Below are positions 54,162 through 64,000 of a DNA stretch of 64,000 bases, piece by piece. Every line of letters begins with the position of its first letter. Positions within the stretch are counted from its first letter, which is position 1. The DNA lies in IMG/VR virus record IMGVR_UViG_3300045391_003842, positions 32,001 to 96,000 of that record; one strand, given 5' to 3'. This DNA is from a virus. Under the pieces are notes generated by a model. The model was not told the DNA's origin and did not search any database. It saw only the letters and a program-made list of their open reading frames with translations. A program made the position numbers and the translations under genes.

Positions 54162-55792
54162 TGCCCCAGTTCACCGCGATACCGGCGGCGTTCGCCGACA
54201 TCTATCCGTTCGAGGGTGGCGTGTACTCGGTGCACGGCAACAACGGTGGCATGCTCGCGCTGGAAACGGACAAGAGCCTCAAGGGTTCGTTCGGTACCTT
54301 TAACATAACCTTGGAGGATGGCGGCCCGCTCGGGTTGAATGCTCGGCCAACATGGCTGGAGACAATCACGACCATGTCCCTGGTGGTGATCGGCATGGCG
54401 CGCATGGGCCGGGCCAAGATTGTCATGATCGGTGTGGTGCGCAACGTATCGGCAGATACGGCCTGGATACCGGGCAAAGGCGTTCGCCGGGTGATCAAAG
54501 TGGCCGGTGACGACTTCGGCTATTTCTTCTCGTTGCAAAACTATTATGTTCAGAGCCTTTTGAATTTCAGTCTGCAAGGCGTGCTCGGCGCGGCCGGATC
54601 GCTCGCTGTGTTCCAGCCGAACGCCCTGGCGGGAACGCCGGCTTCGGTAGGCCAGCAGTGGTACGAAAAGATCATGGCCGGACCGAACAGCATCATGGCC
54701 AAGCTGACTTTTCAATACCAGAACGGAAGGGTTGGTTTCTATGATCTTGTGGCCACGTGGTGGGAGACCCTTGCCGCCGACTCAGCATCCGTACAGATCC
54801 CGTTCGGTGATAATTTTATGGTGGCCGGCGGTAATTGGATCAGCAAATTCCTTCAGATCTTCCCGTTTCCTTGGTACGAATTCTTTGTCACCACAGGAGA
54901 TATTGGCGAATTTCCCGCGGCACAAAGGATGGGCTCCGGGCTTAGCGTCCAGTCCATGCCGTATGCCGCCGCAGCCGCACCGCAAGTCGTTGCTCGCGTC
55001 AATCCGCTACCGCGCATGCGGAATACAGGCACCACATCCACGCCGCAATTCACGACGGACATGACGCGCTGGAACGCGCTCCCGTTGTTTTCCCTGGACT
55101 CGCCTCAGTTCCAGCAGAGCTTCAGCTTCTCCGATGACGAGATGCGCAACTTCTACATGATCGATCCGCTCTGGATCAGCAACCAGATCGGCGTGGATAA
55201 CGCCATGCAGACGCCATTCGCCTACTTGTTCAATGCGTGGCTGGATGAAGCGAGCGTGCATCGCTACGGCTTTCGCCCGGACATCAGCGACCTGCATTGG
55301 TTCTACGATCCGAACGGGCTCATCGCCCAGAGCAATGCGGCGGCCGGCGTCGGCATCCCGGAGTATGACGGGTTGATCGAACAGCTTGCGGCCGTAAAAT
55401 TCAGCTATCATGAGCCGACTCCGAACATGCTGTCTGGTGCGCTGACGACAAACCTTCGGCCTGACATCACGATCGGATCGAAGCTGCGTGCCAATCCGTA
55501 CAAAGATCCGCAGCCATGGTTGTTCTATATCGAACAGGTCTCCCATAAATGGGCCTTTGGAAATAACGCGGCGACGCAGCTAGGCCTGTCGCGCGGCTTG
55601 CCCGAATCGGTCTATTCGGATGACGCGATGATGGTGGCCCTGCACACAGGCAATGCAGAGCGGGTGGACGGCGAATACCTGATCGGTCTGCCGCCGGGAC
55701 TCGGCGATCCGATCAAGCCCATAAACTACCAGAACGCGCAGCAGCTTACCGGCTCCCTGGCTGCGATCTTCACGCAGGCCCAGGCGAAATGA
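54161..55792 (+). CDS. Baseplate hub protein
   Basis: Synteny. RPDITIG...FYIEQVSHKW...TQLGLSRG C-terminus. Confidence 0.65.
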   Translation: MPQFTAIPAAFADIYPFEGGVYSVHGNNGGMLALETDKSLKGSFGTFNITLEDGGPLGLNARPTWLETITTMSLVVIGMARMGRAKIVMIGVVRNVSADTAWIPGKGVRRVIKVAGDDFGYFFSLQNYYVQSLLNFSLQGVLGAAGSLAVFQPNALAGTPASVGQQWYEKIMAGPNSIMAKLTFQYQNGRVGFYDLVATWWETLAADSASVQIPFGDNFMVAGGNWISKFLQIFPFPWYEFFVTTGDIGEFPAAQRMGSGLSVQSMPYAAAAAPQVVARVNPLPRMRNTGTTSTPQFTTDMTRWNALPLFSLDSPQFQQSFSFSDDEMRNFYMIDPLWISNQIGVDNAMQTPFAYLFNAWLDEASVHRYGFRPDISDLHWFYDPNGLIAQSNAAAGVGIPEYDGLIEQLAAVKFSYHEPTPNMLSGALTTNLRPDITIGSKLRANPYKDPQPWLFYIEQVSHKWAFGNNAATQLGLSRGLPESVYSDDAMMVALHTGNAERVDGEYLIGLPPGLGDPIKPINYQNAQQLTGSLAAIFTQAQAK

Positions 55793-56553
55793 GCATTACG
55801 CCCCTCATCGCACGGGCTCGAGTCGTCGCAGTGGACGTGCCAAGCCGGCGGCTGATGGTGTCGTTGCCGTCCACCCAGATCGTGATTGTGCAGACTGGCT
55901 ACCATGGGCAGGCCGATGGTTTGCGCATTTCGCATAAGGCGCTCCCAATCCGCGGCACTGAAGGCCTTGTCGTATTCCCGTCCGGCGACAACCGGAACGG
56001 CGTCTGGCTCATGTCCATCTACGTGCAGCAGGTGAATGCGCTCACCACGCAAACCGATGCCAATATGGAATATGACGCGCACTGGTCCGGCTTCTGGCGC
56101 CTGCTGGATGGGTCAGGAAACCTGACTAATCAATTTCCGGATGGCACCTTTATTCAGATCGGCTCCGGTACCACGCCGCCGGCCACGACGCGCAACATCG
56201 TCAACGCCAAGCAAGAGCAAGAGCAAACGCCTGTCGAAATGTCGGATCGTGTGGCCAAGCCACCGAGTCCGTTCAATGTCACGGTAAAGCACGCAACCGG
56301 AACCACACTGAACGTTGCGCCAAACGGCGACGTGTCTGTGTCAGGCGGCGCCGGCAACAAGATGACGATGACGTTCGGCGGCACTGTGGTCACGATCGAT
56401 AGCCAGGGCCTGCACGTGAACAACAGCATAACGGCACAAGGAAATATCACGGCGGGCAGCGGCACGAATGATTCTGTGACGCTCCAGTTGCACACCCACA
56501 AAGAGAACGGCACAGGCGGTGGGACAACCAATCCGCCCAACGCAGGCACCTAA
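55789..56553 (+). CDS. Baseplate spike (gpV/gp45-like)
   Basis: OB-fold N-terminus, beta-helix, C-terminal LQLHTH iron-binding motif. Confidence 0.8.
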   Translation: MSITPLIARARVVAVDVPSRRLMVSLPSTQIVIVQTGYHGQADGLRISHKALPIRGTEGLVVFPSGDNRNGVWLMSIYVQQVNALTTQTDANMEYDAHWSGFWRLLDGSGNLTNQFPDGTFIQIGSGTTPPATTRNIVNAKQEQEQTPVEMSDRVAKPPSPFNVTVKHATGTTLNVAPNGDVSVSGGAGNKMTMTFGGTVVTIDSQGLHVNNSITAQGNITAGSGTNDSVTLQLHTHKENGTGGGTTNPPNAGT

Positions 56554-56555
56554 AT

Positions 56556-59500
56556 ATGTCAGGCACACAGACTAACACCGTTGTCATGACCTTCCCTGGC
56601 GGCAACCAGACCGGCCGGGCTGTTTCGCTGACGCCATGGGGTGTCGCCGATCTGCTGATGCCGCTCTGGCCGAATAAGGCGGCCTATGGGTTCAGCGCGT
56701 CAGGGAATGCCGTTGTTGTCACGCCGGTACCGGTACCTGTTTTCGCACTGCCACTTCTGCGCCCTGGCGCGCCGGGTTCCATCACCGACAGCAATGGCCT
56801 GATCTACGAACTGACCAGCGACGAGCATATGACCGTCAACGGCCAGGAAATCGGCGACAGCGCCGGCACGGTCGCGCTTACCTATGTGAGCGGCACGATC
56901 TGGGCGGAATCGGATACTTTCAACACGGGGGATTGGTTCACCTACAGCCCGGCTACATCCGGGTTCACGCCGATGGCGCCGGCCCAGCCGCCGGGCTGGA
57001 ACGGCGTTTCATCTCTAACGGTGGATTCCACACCCGGGTACGCGGGTGCCGTCTCCGACGCGTCGGGCAATGCATGGCTTGCGCCCTATAATGGGCCGCT
57101 CACTTTCGTGCCCGGCGATGGCTCGTTTGGCACCCTGTATCCGATGCCGTTGACTGCGTCAGGCACCATCACAACTGACATCGTGATGCTGAACGATGTT
57201 CCTTACGTGGTCACCACGTCAGGCAGCATTTACGGCCTGTCCGGGTCCATCGTTGTGCCGATTACCGGCAGCTTCGGGGGCCTGACGCGAGGCGCCGCGG
57301 CGGATACCAGCAACATCTATGCTTTGCTGCCGCAGACCAAGCAGATGGGCGTCTTTTCGTTCTCGGCGCCGTTCTCGGGCTCCGTCGCGAAGCATACCAC
57401 GCCGATGGACGTGCCAGCATTTGTGGTGTCCGGCCCGAACGGCACGGCGATCGGCGGATGGTCGCAGAGCACGTTCAGCTTCGTCACGACGGCGGTTGAC
57501 CTAAGCCCGGCGTCAGGCTTCGCCGCGGCCGTCACCAGTGGCACTGGGGATCTCACGCTGCTGACGGGCCATGATCCATCTTGGACGGTGGTGCAGACGG
57601 TCTCGGGCCTGACCGGGCCGGCAGATGTGGCCTGGGCGAACGCCGGCACGCAGGTGCTGGTGACAGAACCTTCCGCGAACCACGTTGCGATCTACAATCT
57701 GATCACCGGCACGCTGACATTTGACATCAATCTGTCTGTGTCAGGCGCAACGAATATCGCGATCCTGACGACAGATTCGCAAGCTTTGGTGTCGCAGTCG
57801 TCGCATAATCAGGTTTCTCTCATCACCTCCGAGGTGAACAACTGGGTTGTCAGTTCCGTCGTCACAGGGATCGCCGCGGCGTCTGACATAGCCATTGTAT
57901 CTGACACGGAAGCCTTGGTGGCGTGCGCGAGCGGCGTCGCCTTCCTTTCGTTCAACACCGGCACCTGGGGGGTGAGCAAACTCGTATCGGGACTGCCCTA
58001 CAACCCGACCGGGATGGATTGGTTCATTGATACGGATGGGCTGATCACGGCGGTTACGGCCGGTGTGGTGGGTGCGTCCGGCCGCGTGGATCTGGTGAAG
58101 ACCACAGGACTCGGCGCCAGCGGATCATGGGCGGGTTCGGCCGGCGAGGTGCTATGGCGTCAAGGCCAGATCGCGATTGCGGACCCAAGCAATGATGTGG
58201 TGCGCGTGTTCGGTGAAGTCGGCGCAAGCTTGCGGAGCATGGGCACAAACGCCGGGCCGGATGGCGTGGCCACGATCGGGCAGACCGGCACGAGTCTGTG
58301 GCTCGGCGGCAGCGCGGCGACATGGCAGAGTCGGTTCACCGCGCCCTACAAAATCGTGCCGTACAACCATGGTTATGTCGCCACCTGGGATGGTAGCAGC
58401 TTCACGACGGTGGACCTGGGTGTGGAGCACCAGCCGAGTGCTGGCGTGTGGGGGCCGTCCGGCGTTTGGGTGGCGACCACACAAAATGATCTTTACGTCA
58501 TAAACGATGGTATCCTGGTGCAGCAGCTTATCCTGCCCGCTGATCCGCAGCCGGCAGGCGTGCCACTGGGCATGTCGGAATTCCAGTTCTGGAACGGCGA
58601 GCTTTACGCGTCCAGCAGTCTGAATAATGGGCTCATGGCATTGGCGCCAGCCCAGGCCAGCGGCGCGCCGGTTCCGCCCAGCAACCTTGTTTTGGCGCTG
58701 TCCGGAGCCGCAGCTACGTCGGTGGGATTGACTTGGAACGTGCCTGCCGGAACACCGCCGTTTTCGTACGAAACATTCTACCGCGTGGGATCGCTTGGCT
58801 CGTTCTCGCTCTATGCGTCCGGTACGGCAACCAGCCTGCTTGTCTCGGGCCTGAGCGGCAACACCAACTATAACTTTGCGGTATCTGGCATCAACGAAGC
58901 TGGGCACACGACGTCGAATATCCTTTCGGCGCAGACGCAACCTACGATCGGGTCTCCGACTCTGACCGGTACGCTTGGCGCGTCTGGCGTAGAGAACCTG
59001 TCTTGGACGGTGCCAAGCGGCGCGCAACCGATCAACTACCAGCCGTTTTTCCAGGACACCACGCTGGGCTCCACGTGGACTCCGTTCGGTGGCGTCACGT
59101 CGCAAACCAGCACGCAGATTGGCAACCTGACGGCAGGCCACACCTATAACTTCGCGGTGTCGGGCATCAATTCGACTGGCAACAACGTGTCTAACACGGT
59201 GACGCAGCTTGTGCCGGGGCCGCCGGACGCGCCTGTGCTGAGCGTCACGCAGATCAATTCCAGTTCTGTGGCGGCGTCTTGGAACTTAGTTGCAAATGCA
59301 ATAAACTATCAAATGCAGCTAGGGCCTGTGACGCATGGCTCGCCGACCTTCGTAAACTACGGCGGACCGCTGTCGAACACGACAACATCGATCACTGTCA
59401 GCGGTCTTAACCCTCTGACCACGTATAGCTTCCGGGTAGTGGCCACGAGTGCCGGCGGCTCTACGAACTCGAATGTGGTGACGCTGAATGCGGCGACGAC

Positions 59501-61523
59501 ACCGCCAACGTCTATAGCATTCACAGGCGTCAGCGGTGTGACCAATAGCTCCGCTCTGCTTGGCTATGTGGTTTGCGGCGGATCAACGCCGATCACGACT
59601 CAGTTTCGTGGCACAAACGAGACTAATTCCATAGTTGCCAACATGGCGACCACGACAGCCACGTCTGGGTCTGTTTTGATTAACGGTCTCTTTCCGGACA
59701 CCAGTTATGCCTTTGTCGCGACCGCGCAAAATAGCGCCGGTATCGTAATAACGAGCCAAGGCGTCGGCTTGACAACGAAGGCCTTGGCAGCGGCGAGCGG
59801 CACCCAGGTTGCGACGTTCTCGCCATCTGGCCAGACGCCCGTGTTTGTCGGCCCGACCGGGCTCACGGTTGCACCCGGCATGACGATCGCGCTCAATGGC
59901 ATATCGGTGTTTGACGAACCGACGTCGGATACGGTGATTCTGGTCAACACAAATTGGGATAACGCCACGGTGTTCGCCACCAGCAGCGGCGTACCGTGCC
60001 AGGGTGCAGGGACCGGCGGCCCAGATGGCGGCATGGCCATACCGTCCACCAGCAGCGGCCTGGACATCAACGGCATCAACGCGGCGCTGGCGACGCTGAC
60101 TTACACCGCACCGCCGAACGGCTCTGGAATCACTAGCGACGTCATCCAGATCCTGGGTTTTGACAGCAATACACCGTCCGGCTCGCCGACGGTACCGAAC
60201 ATCAGCATCGCGGTGACGATCACAAGCGGGGTGGCCAGCGGCTTTCCGGTGTCTGGCTACAGCCAGTACCATCCATCTGCCTATACCAACCCTGGTAGTG
60301 GGCAGGCGCTCCTACTGCCACAAGGCTACCTGTCCACCAGCGGCAACCAGTTTGTGGATCCGAACAACGGCAACCTGCCGGTGCGCATCATGGGCGCCAA
60401 CTACGCCGGGATGGAGTTTGGCAACGCGCTCAACACGGAGTCTGACCCGTCCTCCATTCCGTTCTGCACGTGGCAGGTGTCTTACAAGGTCTTCTTCAAA
60501 TCGCTGGTGCAGAACGGCATCAATGCGATCCGGTGGAATTACTGCGATGCCGGACTAGCAGGCACGCCGCCGATGAGCACGGACGGCGCCAACTTCAGCA
60601 TCAACACCACGGTCAATCCGGATCTGGCCGGCAAGACGGTGCTGGAGATCATCGATACGATGCTGGCGTATTGCGCCGAAATCGGGCTCAAGGTGTGGTT
60701 TGGCCGCATGTGGCAGAACCCGACCGTGGGTCAGACCACGCTGCCTTACGGCACTCCGTCTGGCATCGGCAGTCTTGTCAACTGGACCCAGCAGGCGGTT
60801 ATCGACAACATGGTTATGTTGGCACAAAGATATGCCAACAATCCAACTGTTATCGGCTTCGAGTTGAACAATGAGATCTTCTCGCCGCCGTGCACATGGG
60901 GCGACGGAAACCCGGACACGGACGTGCGGCTGTGGTGGCAGAACGCCGGCAACGCGATCTTGGCCGTTAACCCGAACGTGCTCATCATCTGCCAAGCCTA
61001 TGGCATCCTGACTCCGCCGCCGTTCAGCGCGGATGGCGGCACGATCGCGGACCTGTCGCCGTTCACCCAGTTTCCGGTGGCGCTGACGATACCGAACAAG
61101 CTGGCTTTCTCGGTGCACTCGTACGAACCGTCCATTAACTCGGGACCGCAGCAGCCGGCGACCTGGAATCCGTACTGGGGTTTCCTCTACAGCAGCAACA
61201 CCGTGCCTATCCTCATGACGGAGTACGGTTATCTTGCCGCGGACATCGCCTCCGGTGCGCCCAATTTTGCGTCTACCCAGGCCTGGGTAAGCCGCCTGAC
61301 CACGTATGTCACGGCCGGCACGTCCGGATCCATTTCGGGCATTCCGGCCGGCGGCTATCCGCCATCCATGACATGGTTTTGTGCTGATGCGAGCGGGCCG
61401 ACCGAAGGCGACGGCGCCAGTGTGGACAACTCCGGGTTCTGCTTAGTGGCAGCCGCTGACTGGACCACGATCCTGCCGGGCCAGTTTGCGTGGCTTCCGC
61501 CGGTAATGTTCTATAGGAAGTAA
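56556..61523 (+). CDS. Large tail appendage: propeller-like region, FN3 repeats, C-terminal GH5
   Basis: FN3 (LTW...Y...YNFAVS) x3-4. GH5 motifs GANYAGME, FELNNE, VHSY, MTEYG. Confidence 0.85.
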   Translation: MSGTQTNTVVMTFPGGNQTGRAVSLTPWGVADLLMPLWPNKAAYGFSASGNAVVVTPVPVPVFALPLLRPGAPGSITDSNGLIYELTSDEHMTVNGQEIGDSAGTVALTYVSGTIWAESDTFNTGDWFTYSPATSGFTPMAPAQPPGWNGVSSLTVDSTPGYAGAVSDASGNAWLAPYNGPLTFVPGDGSFGTLYPMPLTASGTITTDIVMLNDVPYVVTTSGSIYGLSGSIVVPITGSFGGLTRGAAADTSNIYALLPQTKQMGVFSFSAPFSGSVAKHTTPMDVPAFVVSGPNGTAIGGWSQSTFSFVTTAVDLSPASGFAAAVTSGTGDLTLLTGHDPSWTVVQTVSGLTGPADVAWANAGTQVLVTEPSANHVAIYNLITGTLTFDINLSVSGATNIAILTTDSQALVSQSSHNQVSLITSEVNNWVVSSVVTGIAAASDIAIVSDTEALVACASGVAFLSFNTGTWGVSKLVSGLPYNPTGMDWFIDTDGLITAVTAGVVGASGRVDLVKTTGLGASGSWAGSAGEVLWRQGQIAIADPSNDVVRVFGEVGASLRSMGTNAGPDGVATIGQTGTSLWLGGSAATWQSRFTAPYKIVPYNHGYVATWDGSSFTTVDLGVEHQPSAGVWGPSGVWVATTQNDLYVINDGILVQQLILPADPQPAGVPLGMSEFQFWNGELYASSSLNNGLMALAPAQASGAPVPPSNLVLALSGAAATSVGLTWNVPAGTPPFSYETFYRVGSLGSFSLYASGTATSLLVSGLSGNTNYNFAVSGINEAGHTTSNILSAQTQPTIGSPTLTGTLGASGVENLSWTVPSGAQPINYQPFFQDTTLGSTWTPFGGVTSQTSTQIGNLTAGHTYNFAVSGINSTGNNVSNTVTQLVPGPPDAPVLSVTQINSSSVAASWNLVANAINYQMQLGPVTHGSPTFVNYGGPLSNTTTSITVSGLNPLTTYSFRVVATSAGGSTNSNVVTLNAATTPPTSIAFTGVSGVTNSSALLGYVVCGGSTPITTQFRGTNETNSIVANMATTTATSGSVLINGLFPDTSYAFVATAQNSAGIVITSQGVGLTTKALAAASGTQVATFSPSGQTPVFVGPTGLTVAPGMTIALNGISVFDEPTSDTVILVNTNWDNATVFATSSGVPCQGAGTGGPDGGMAIPSTSSGLDINGINAALATLTYTAPPNGSGITSDVIQILGFDSNTPSGSPTVPNISIAVTITSGVASGFPVSGYSQYHPSAYTNPGSGQALLLPQGYLSTSGNQFVDPNNGNLPVRIMGANYAGMEFGNALNTESDPSSIPFCTWQVSYKVFFKSLVQNGINAIRWNYCDAGLAGTPPMSTDGANFSINTTVNPDLAGKTVLEIIDTMLAYCAEIGLKVWFGRMWQNPTVGQTTLPYGTPSGIGSLVNWTQQAVIDNMVMLAQRYANNPTVIGFELNNEIFSPPCTWGDGNPDTDVRLWWQNAGNAILAVNPNVLIICQAYGILTPPPFSADGGTIADLSPFTQFPVALTIPNKLAFSVHSYEPSINSGPQQPATWNPYWGFLYSSNTVPILMTEYGYLAADIASGAPNFASTQAWVSRLTTYVTAGTSGSISGIPAGGYPPSMTWFCADASGPTEGDGASVDNSGFCLVAAADWTTILPGQFAWLPPVMFYRK

Positions 61524-61526
61524 GGT

Positions 61527-62195
61527 ATGGCCAACGCGCTCACCTCCCTGCTGTCGCAGAACTTCCGCACGGTAAAGGTGCCGAATGTCCGGCTCGCGCT
61601 CTACACGCTGAGCATACGGAGCCCTGGCTTCTCCCTGCTGTCGTTCTTCACGTACACGTTTGCGATCAGCCCGATGTCACTGCGTAAAGCGCCCGTGGCG
61701 ATGAGCGCGGTCTACGATTCTTCCGGCCCGGCGTCGAAAGGTGGCGTCACGCGGAATATCGACAGCTTCGGCATGGCGCCGCCGATCTTCATGCTGGAGG
61801 GCACCACTGGCTGGGACCGTCACAATATTGACGGCTATATCTTCACTGGCCAGCAGTCAGTGCAGCAGTTGCAGTACTTGTTTGAACTGTATGCGCAGCT
61901 AAACCAAGCGCAGAAGAACGTCAACAATCCCAATCTGTACACGCTGGAACTGTACGATTACTTCAACCAGGATTACTGGCAGGTTGAACCGATCGGCGAG
62001 ATGGAATTCCGACTGACGGCGCAGGCGCCCATGCTGACGTTCTACAGTCTGCGGCTCGCCGCGATCCAGCCGGTGAGCGCGCCGATCATCTCCGACATCT
62101 TCGCCGATCCGGTGCAGCAGATCTTCGCCGCCGGGGCGAGTTCAGCGGCTTCTGGATTGAAAGACGCAATCAGTGGCATATTAGGCGCCTACTGA
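61527..62195 (+). CDS. Baseplate / tube-initiator-like protein
   Basis: Synteny. IDSFG...LEGTTG motif. Confidence 0.55.
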   Translation: MANALTSLLSQNFRTVKVPNVRLALYTLSIRSPGFSLLSFFTYTFAISPMSLRKAPVAMSAVYDSSGPASKGGVTRNIDSFGMAPPIFMLEGTTGWDRHNIDGYIFTGQQSVQQLQYLFELYAQLNQAQKNVNNPNLYTLELYDYFNQDYWQVEPIGEMEFRLTAQAPMLTFYSLRLAAIQPVSAPIISDIFADPVQQIFAAGASSAASGLKDAISGILGAY

Positions 62196-62207
62196 CCGAG
62201 GGTTGTT

Positions 62208-63620
62208 ATGGCACTGCCGCTGGCCGGATACCCGCTAACGATCTGGACAGCCATTCGCGCTGCCCTGACGTACGCGGCTGCCAACATCAATGCCAGCGAT
62301 CCGACGCAGACTAAGGCGCTGATCATGGCCTTGGCCGAGACGTTGGACAACGGGCAAGCCGCCTTGGCCGCATACCAATTCTCGGTTGGTACACAGGTCA
62401 ATTTTGAAGCCCTGGTGCAAGTCGCCTCGCTGCCTCTGACCCTGGACCCTGCCACCAAGGCCGCCCTGCTGAACCGAATCGAGGCGATGCAGGAAGCCGT
62501 GCTTCAGGCGCAGGCGCTCCAGGTTGTGCCGACTGTCAACCCGGCGGTCATGGTGAACGGCACGCCGATGATTCCAGATCCCAAGTATCTGGAGTTCCTG
62601 TTGAATTTCACAGGAGAGGCGATACCGGACGGACTCACCCTGACCAATTTGACAGCCCAGGCGGCGGCCAACGCCCAGGCTTGGACCACGATCGCACAGG
62701 CCTTGCAGACCCAGGGTGTGAATTTTACCGGTACCTCCTTAAACGAGGTGCAGCAGATGGGCCGGGCCGCGTCGGTGGTGGCCAGCATCCTGCCGAATGT
62801 GCAGCTTGCCTCGAATGCGAACCTGCTCACGGTGTGGAACACGCTGGTGGCAATGCCGACGATCGGGCGCACTGCCTCTATGACAGCTACGGACCCAACC
62901 AGCCTGACAGCGCAGGCGATGGCTATTGCACGGTTGGTCACGCTGACCGCTCTGCAAAAAGTGAACAACCTGATCGTCACCATGCGGGCCTCCGTCGTGG
63001 TGGGCCAGCCGCGGCTGGCAACCGTGCGGCGCAATGACAATCTGATGGACATCGCGAGTCGGGAGCTTGGCAATTTCGAGGCGTGGCGCGACATCGCGAC
63101 GCTCAATAATCTGTCGCCGCCGTACGTGGCGAACGTCAAGAGCCTGGGCGTCGCTGGGCCGGGCGATCAGTTGTTCATTCCGCAGCCCGGCGCGACAATC
63201 ACAAGCACGGGGCAGGCGCCGAACTATCTGAACAACTACCTTGGTGTGGATCTCTACCTGGGGCCGCTCAATTCGGACATGGCGCCATGGGCCGGCGACT
63301 TTCAGGTCATTGGCGGCTACCAGAACCTTTCGTTCTCGCTCGGGCGGCGCCTGCAAACGCCGCTGGAGCAACTGATCTACCATCTCAATTTTGGGTCACG
63401 CATCCCGCCTGAGATCGGCTCCATCACGGATTCCAGGATTGCCGGCGTGCTGGAAGCGTACACGGAATCCTGCCTGCAATCTGACCCGCGTGTGGATAAG
63501 ATTGTCAGCGTTGATGTTTCCATTCAGCGAGACAACGCGTTTCAAATAAAATCAGTTGTGCAGCCGAACGGCTTGGGTGCCAATGACGTGACGGTCAACG
63601 AAGTGTTAGGGCCTATCTGA
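62208..63620 (+). CDS. Baseplate wedge protein (LysM-like + gp25-like)
   Basis: VRRNDNLMDIASRELG...WRDIATLNNL. RRLQTP...YHLNFGS...LQSDPRV. Confidence 0.8.
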   Translation: MALPLAGYPLTIWTAIRAALTYAAANINASDPTQTKALIMALAETLDNGQAALAAYQFSVGTQVNFEALVQVASLPLTLDPATKAALLNRIEAMQEAVLQAQALQVVPTVNPAVMVNGTPMIPDPKYLEFLLNFTGEAIPDGLTLTNLTAQAAANAQAWTTIAQALQTQGVNFTGTSLNEVQQMGRAASVVASILPNVQLASNANLLTVWNTLVAMPTIGRTASMTATDPTSLTAQAMAIARLVTLTALQKVNNLIVTMRASVVVGQPRLATVRRNDNLMDIASRELGNFEAWRDIATLNNLSPPYVANVKSLGVAGPGDQLFIPQPGATITSTGQAPNYLNNYLGVDLYLGPLNSDMAPWAGDFQVIGGYQNLSFSLGRRLQTPLEQLIYHLNFGSRIPPEIGSITDSRIAGVLEAYTESCLQSDPRVDKIVSVDVSIQRDNAFQIKSVVQPNGLGANDVTVNEVLGPI

Positions 63621-64000
63621 TGTCAGGATCGCAAGCCTCCACCATCACCGTTGCCTCGCCGCCGACGACAGAGGAAGTCGCCGCGGACTTTTTGGGCTGG
63701 ATGGGTGCACAGAACGAGGTGGTGACCGACGTCAACGAGGGCTCGCAGGTGCGCACCTTCGCCGAAGCCGTTGGCTCCGTTGTCGATACCGAATCCGTCT
63801 CTGCCCAGGCCTTGGCATTCCAGGCCTTGGTCTACTCGGCGTTTGCTGCGTTCCAGGTTTTCCCGATCCCGGCGCAGCCGGCGACCACGACGCTGACATT
63901 CGGCACAGGCGCAGGGGCGAATCCGCCGCCGGTACCGGTGGCTGTCGGCATCCCCCAGGGCACCATCACCCAGACGGTGGGCGGTATCCAATTTCAGACG
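63620..64000 (+). CDS. Baseplate J-like protein (5' part)
   Basis: Manual translation MSGSQ...VTDVNEGSQVRTFAEAV. TGATG coupling. Runs off the window edge. Confidence 0.8.
   Translation, partial: MSGSQASTITVASPPTTEEVAADFLGWMGAQNEVVTDVNEGSQVRTFAEAVGSVVDTESVSAQALAFQALVYSAFAAFQVFPIPAQPATTTLTFGTGAGANPPPVPVAVGIPQGTITQTVGGIQFQT

Noticed and set aside
1-64000. Integrase, transposase, intron/intein or alternative genetic code
   Set aside because: No such motifs were seen. Long genes are uninterrupted in the standard code, and all three stop codons terminate genes.

Overview
A 64 kb segment of a large, GC-rich, contractile-tailed (myovirus-type) bacteriophage. The host is probably an alphaproteobacterium, inferred from the NrdB type and promoter style. 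Layout: (1) 1-13 kb, a minus-strand block of small early-type genes ending in nrdB, driven by a family of near-identical sigma70 promoters that each carry an 18-bp palindrome (TGKCA-N8-TGMCA) over the -10 box. (2) 13-19.5 kb, a block bracketed by two AT-rich non-coding gaps, with a TerS-like gene and a DUF932 gene (possible terminal-repeat region). (3) 19.5-30 kb, accessory and DNA-metabolism genes: two ParB-like genes, NADAR, a nucleoside deoxyribosyltransferase-like gene and a Dda/RecD helicase. (4) A 1619-aa esterase + GH16-like + GH5 protein. (5) An RNA island at 35.2-38.1 kb: five tandem Y-RNA-like units upstream of a Ro60/TROVE gene, plus two further unexplained structured RNAs. (6) 38-64 kb, a head-neck-tail-baseplate module with an embedded FkbM methyltransferase, a GT9 glycosyltransferase and a second GH5 appendage. 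The most striking observation is the Ro60-linked RNA array. All five units share one scaffold, and each displays a different tRNA anticodon-loop-like heptamer (Ala-GGC, Ile-GAU, Leu-CAA, Gln-UUG, Gln-CUG). Two of them sit inside circularly permuted tRNA bodies. All protein assignments come from motif recognition by eye; no database search was run.
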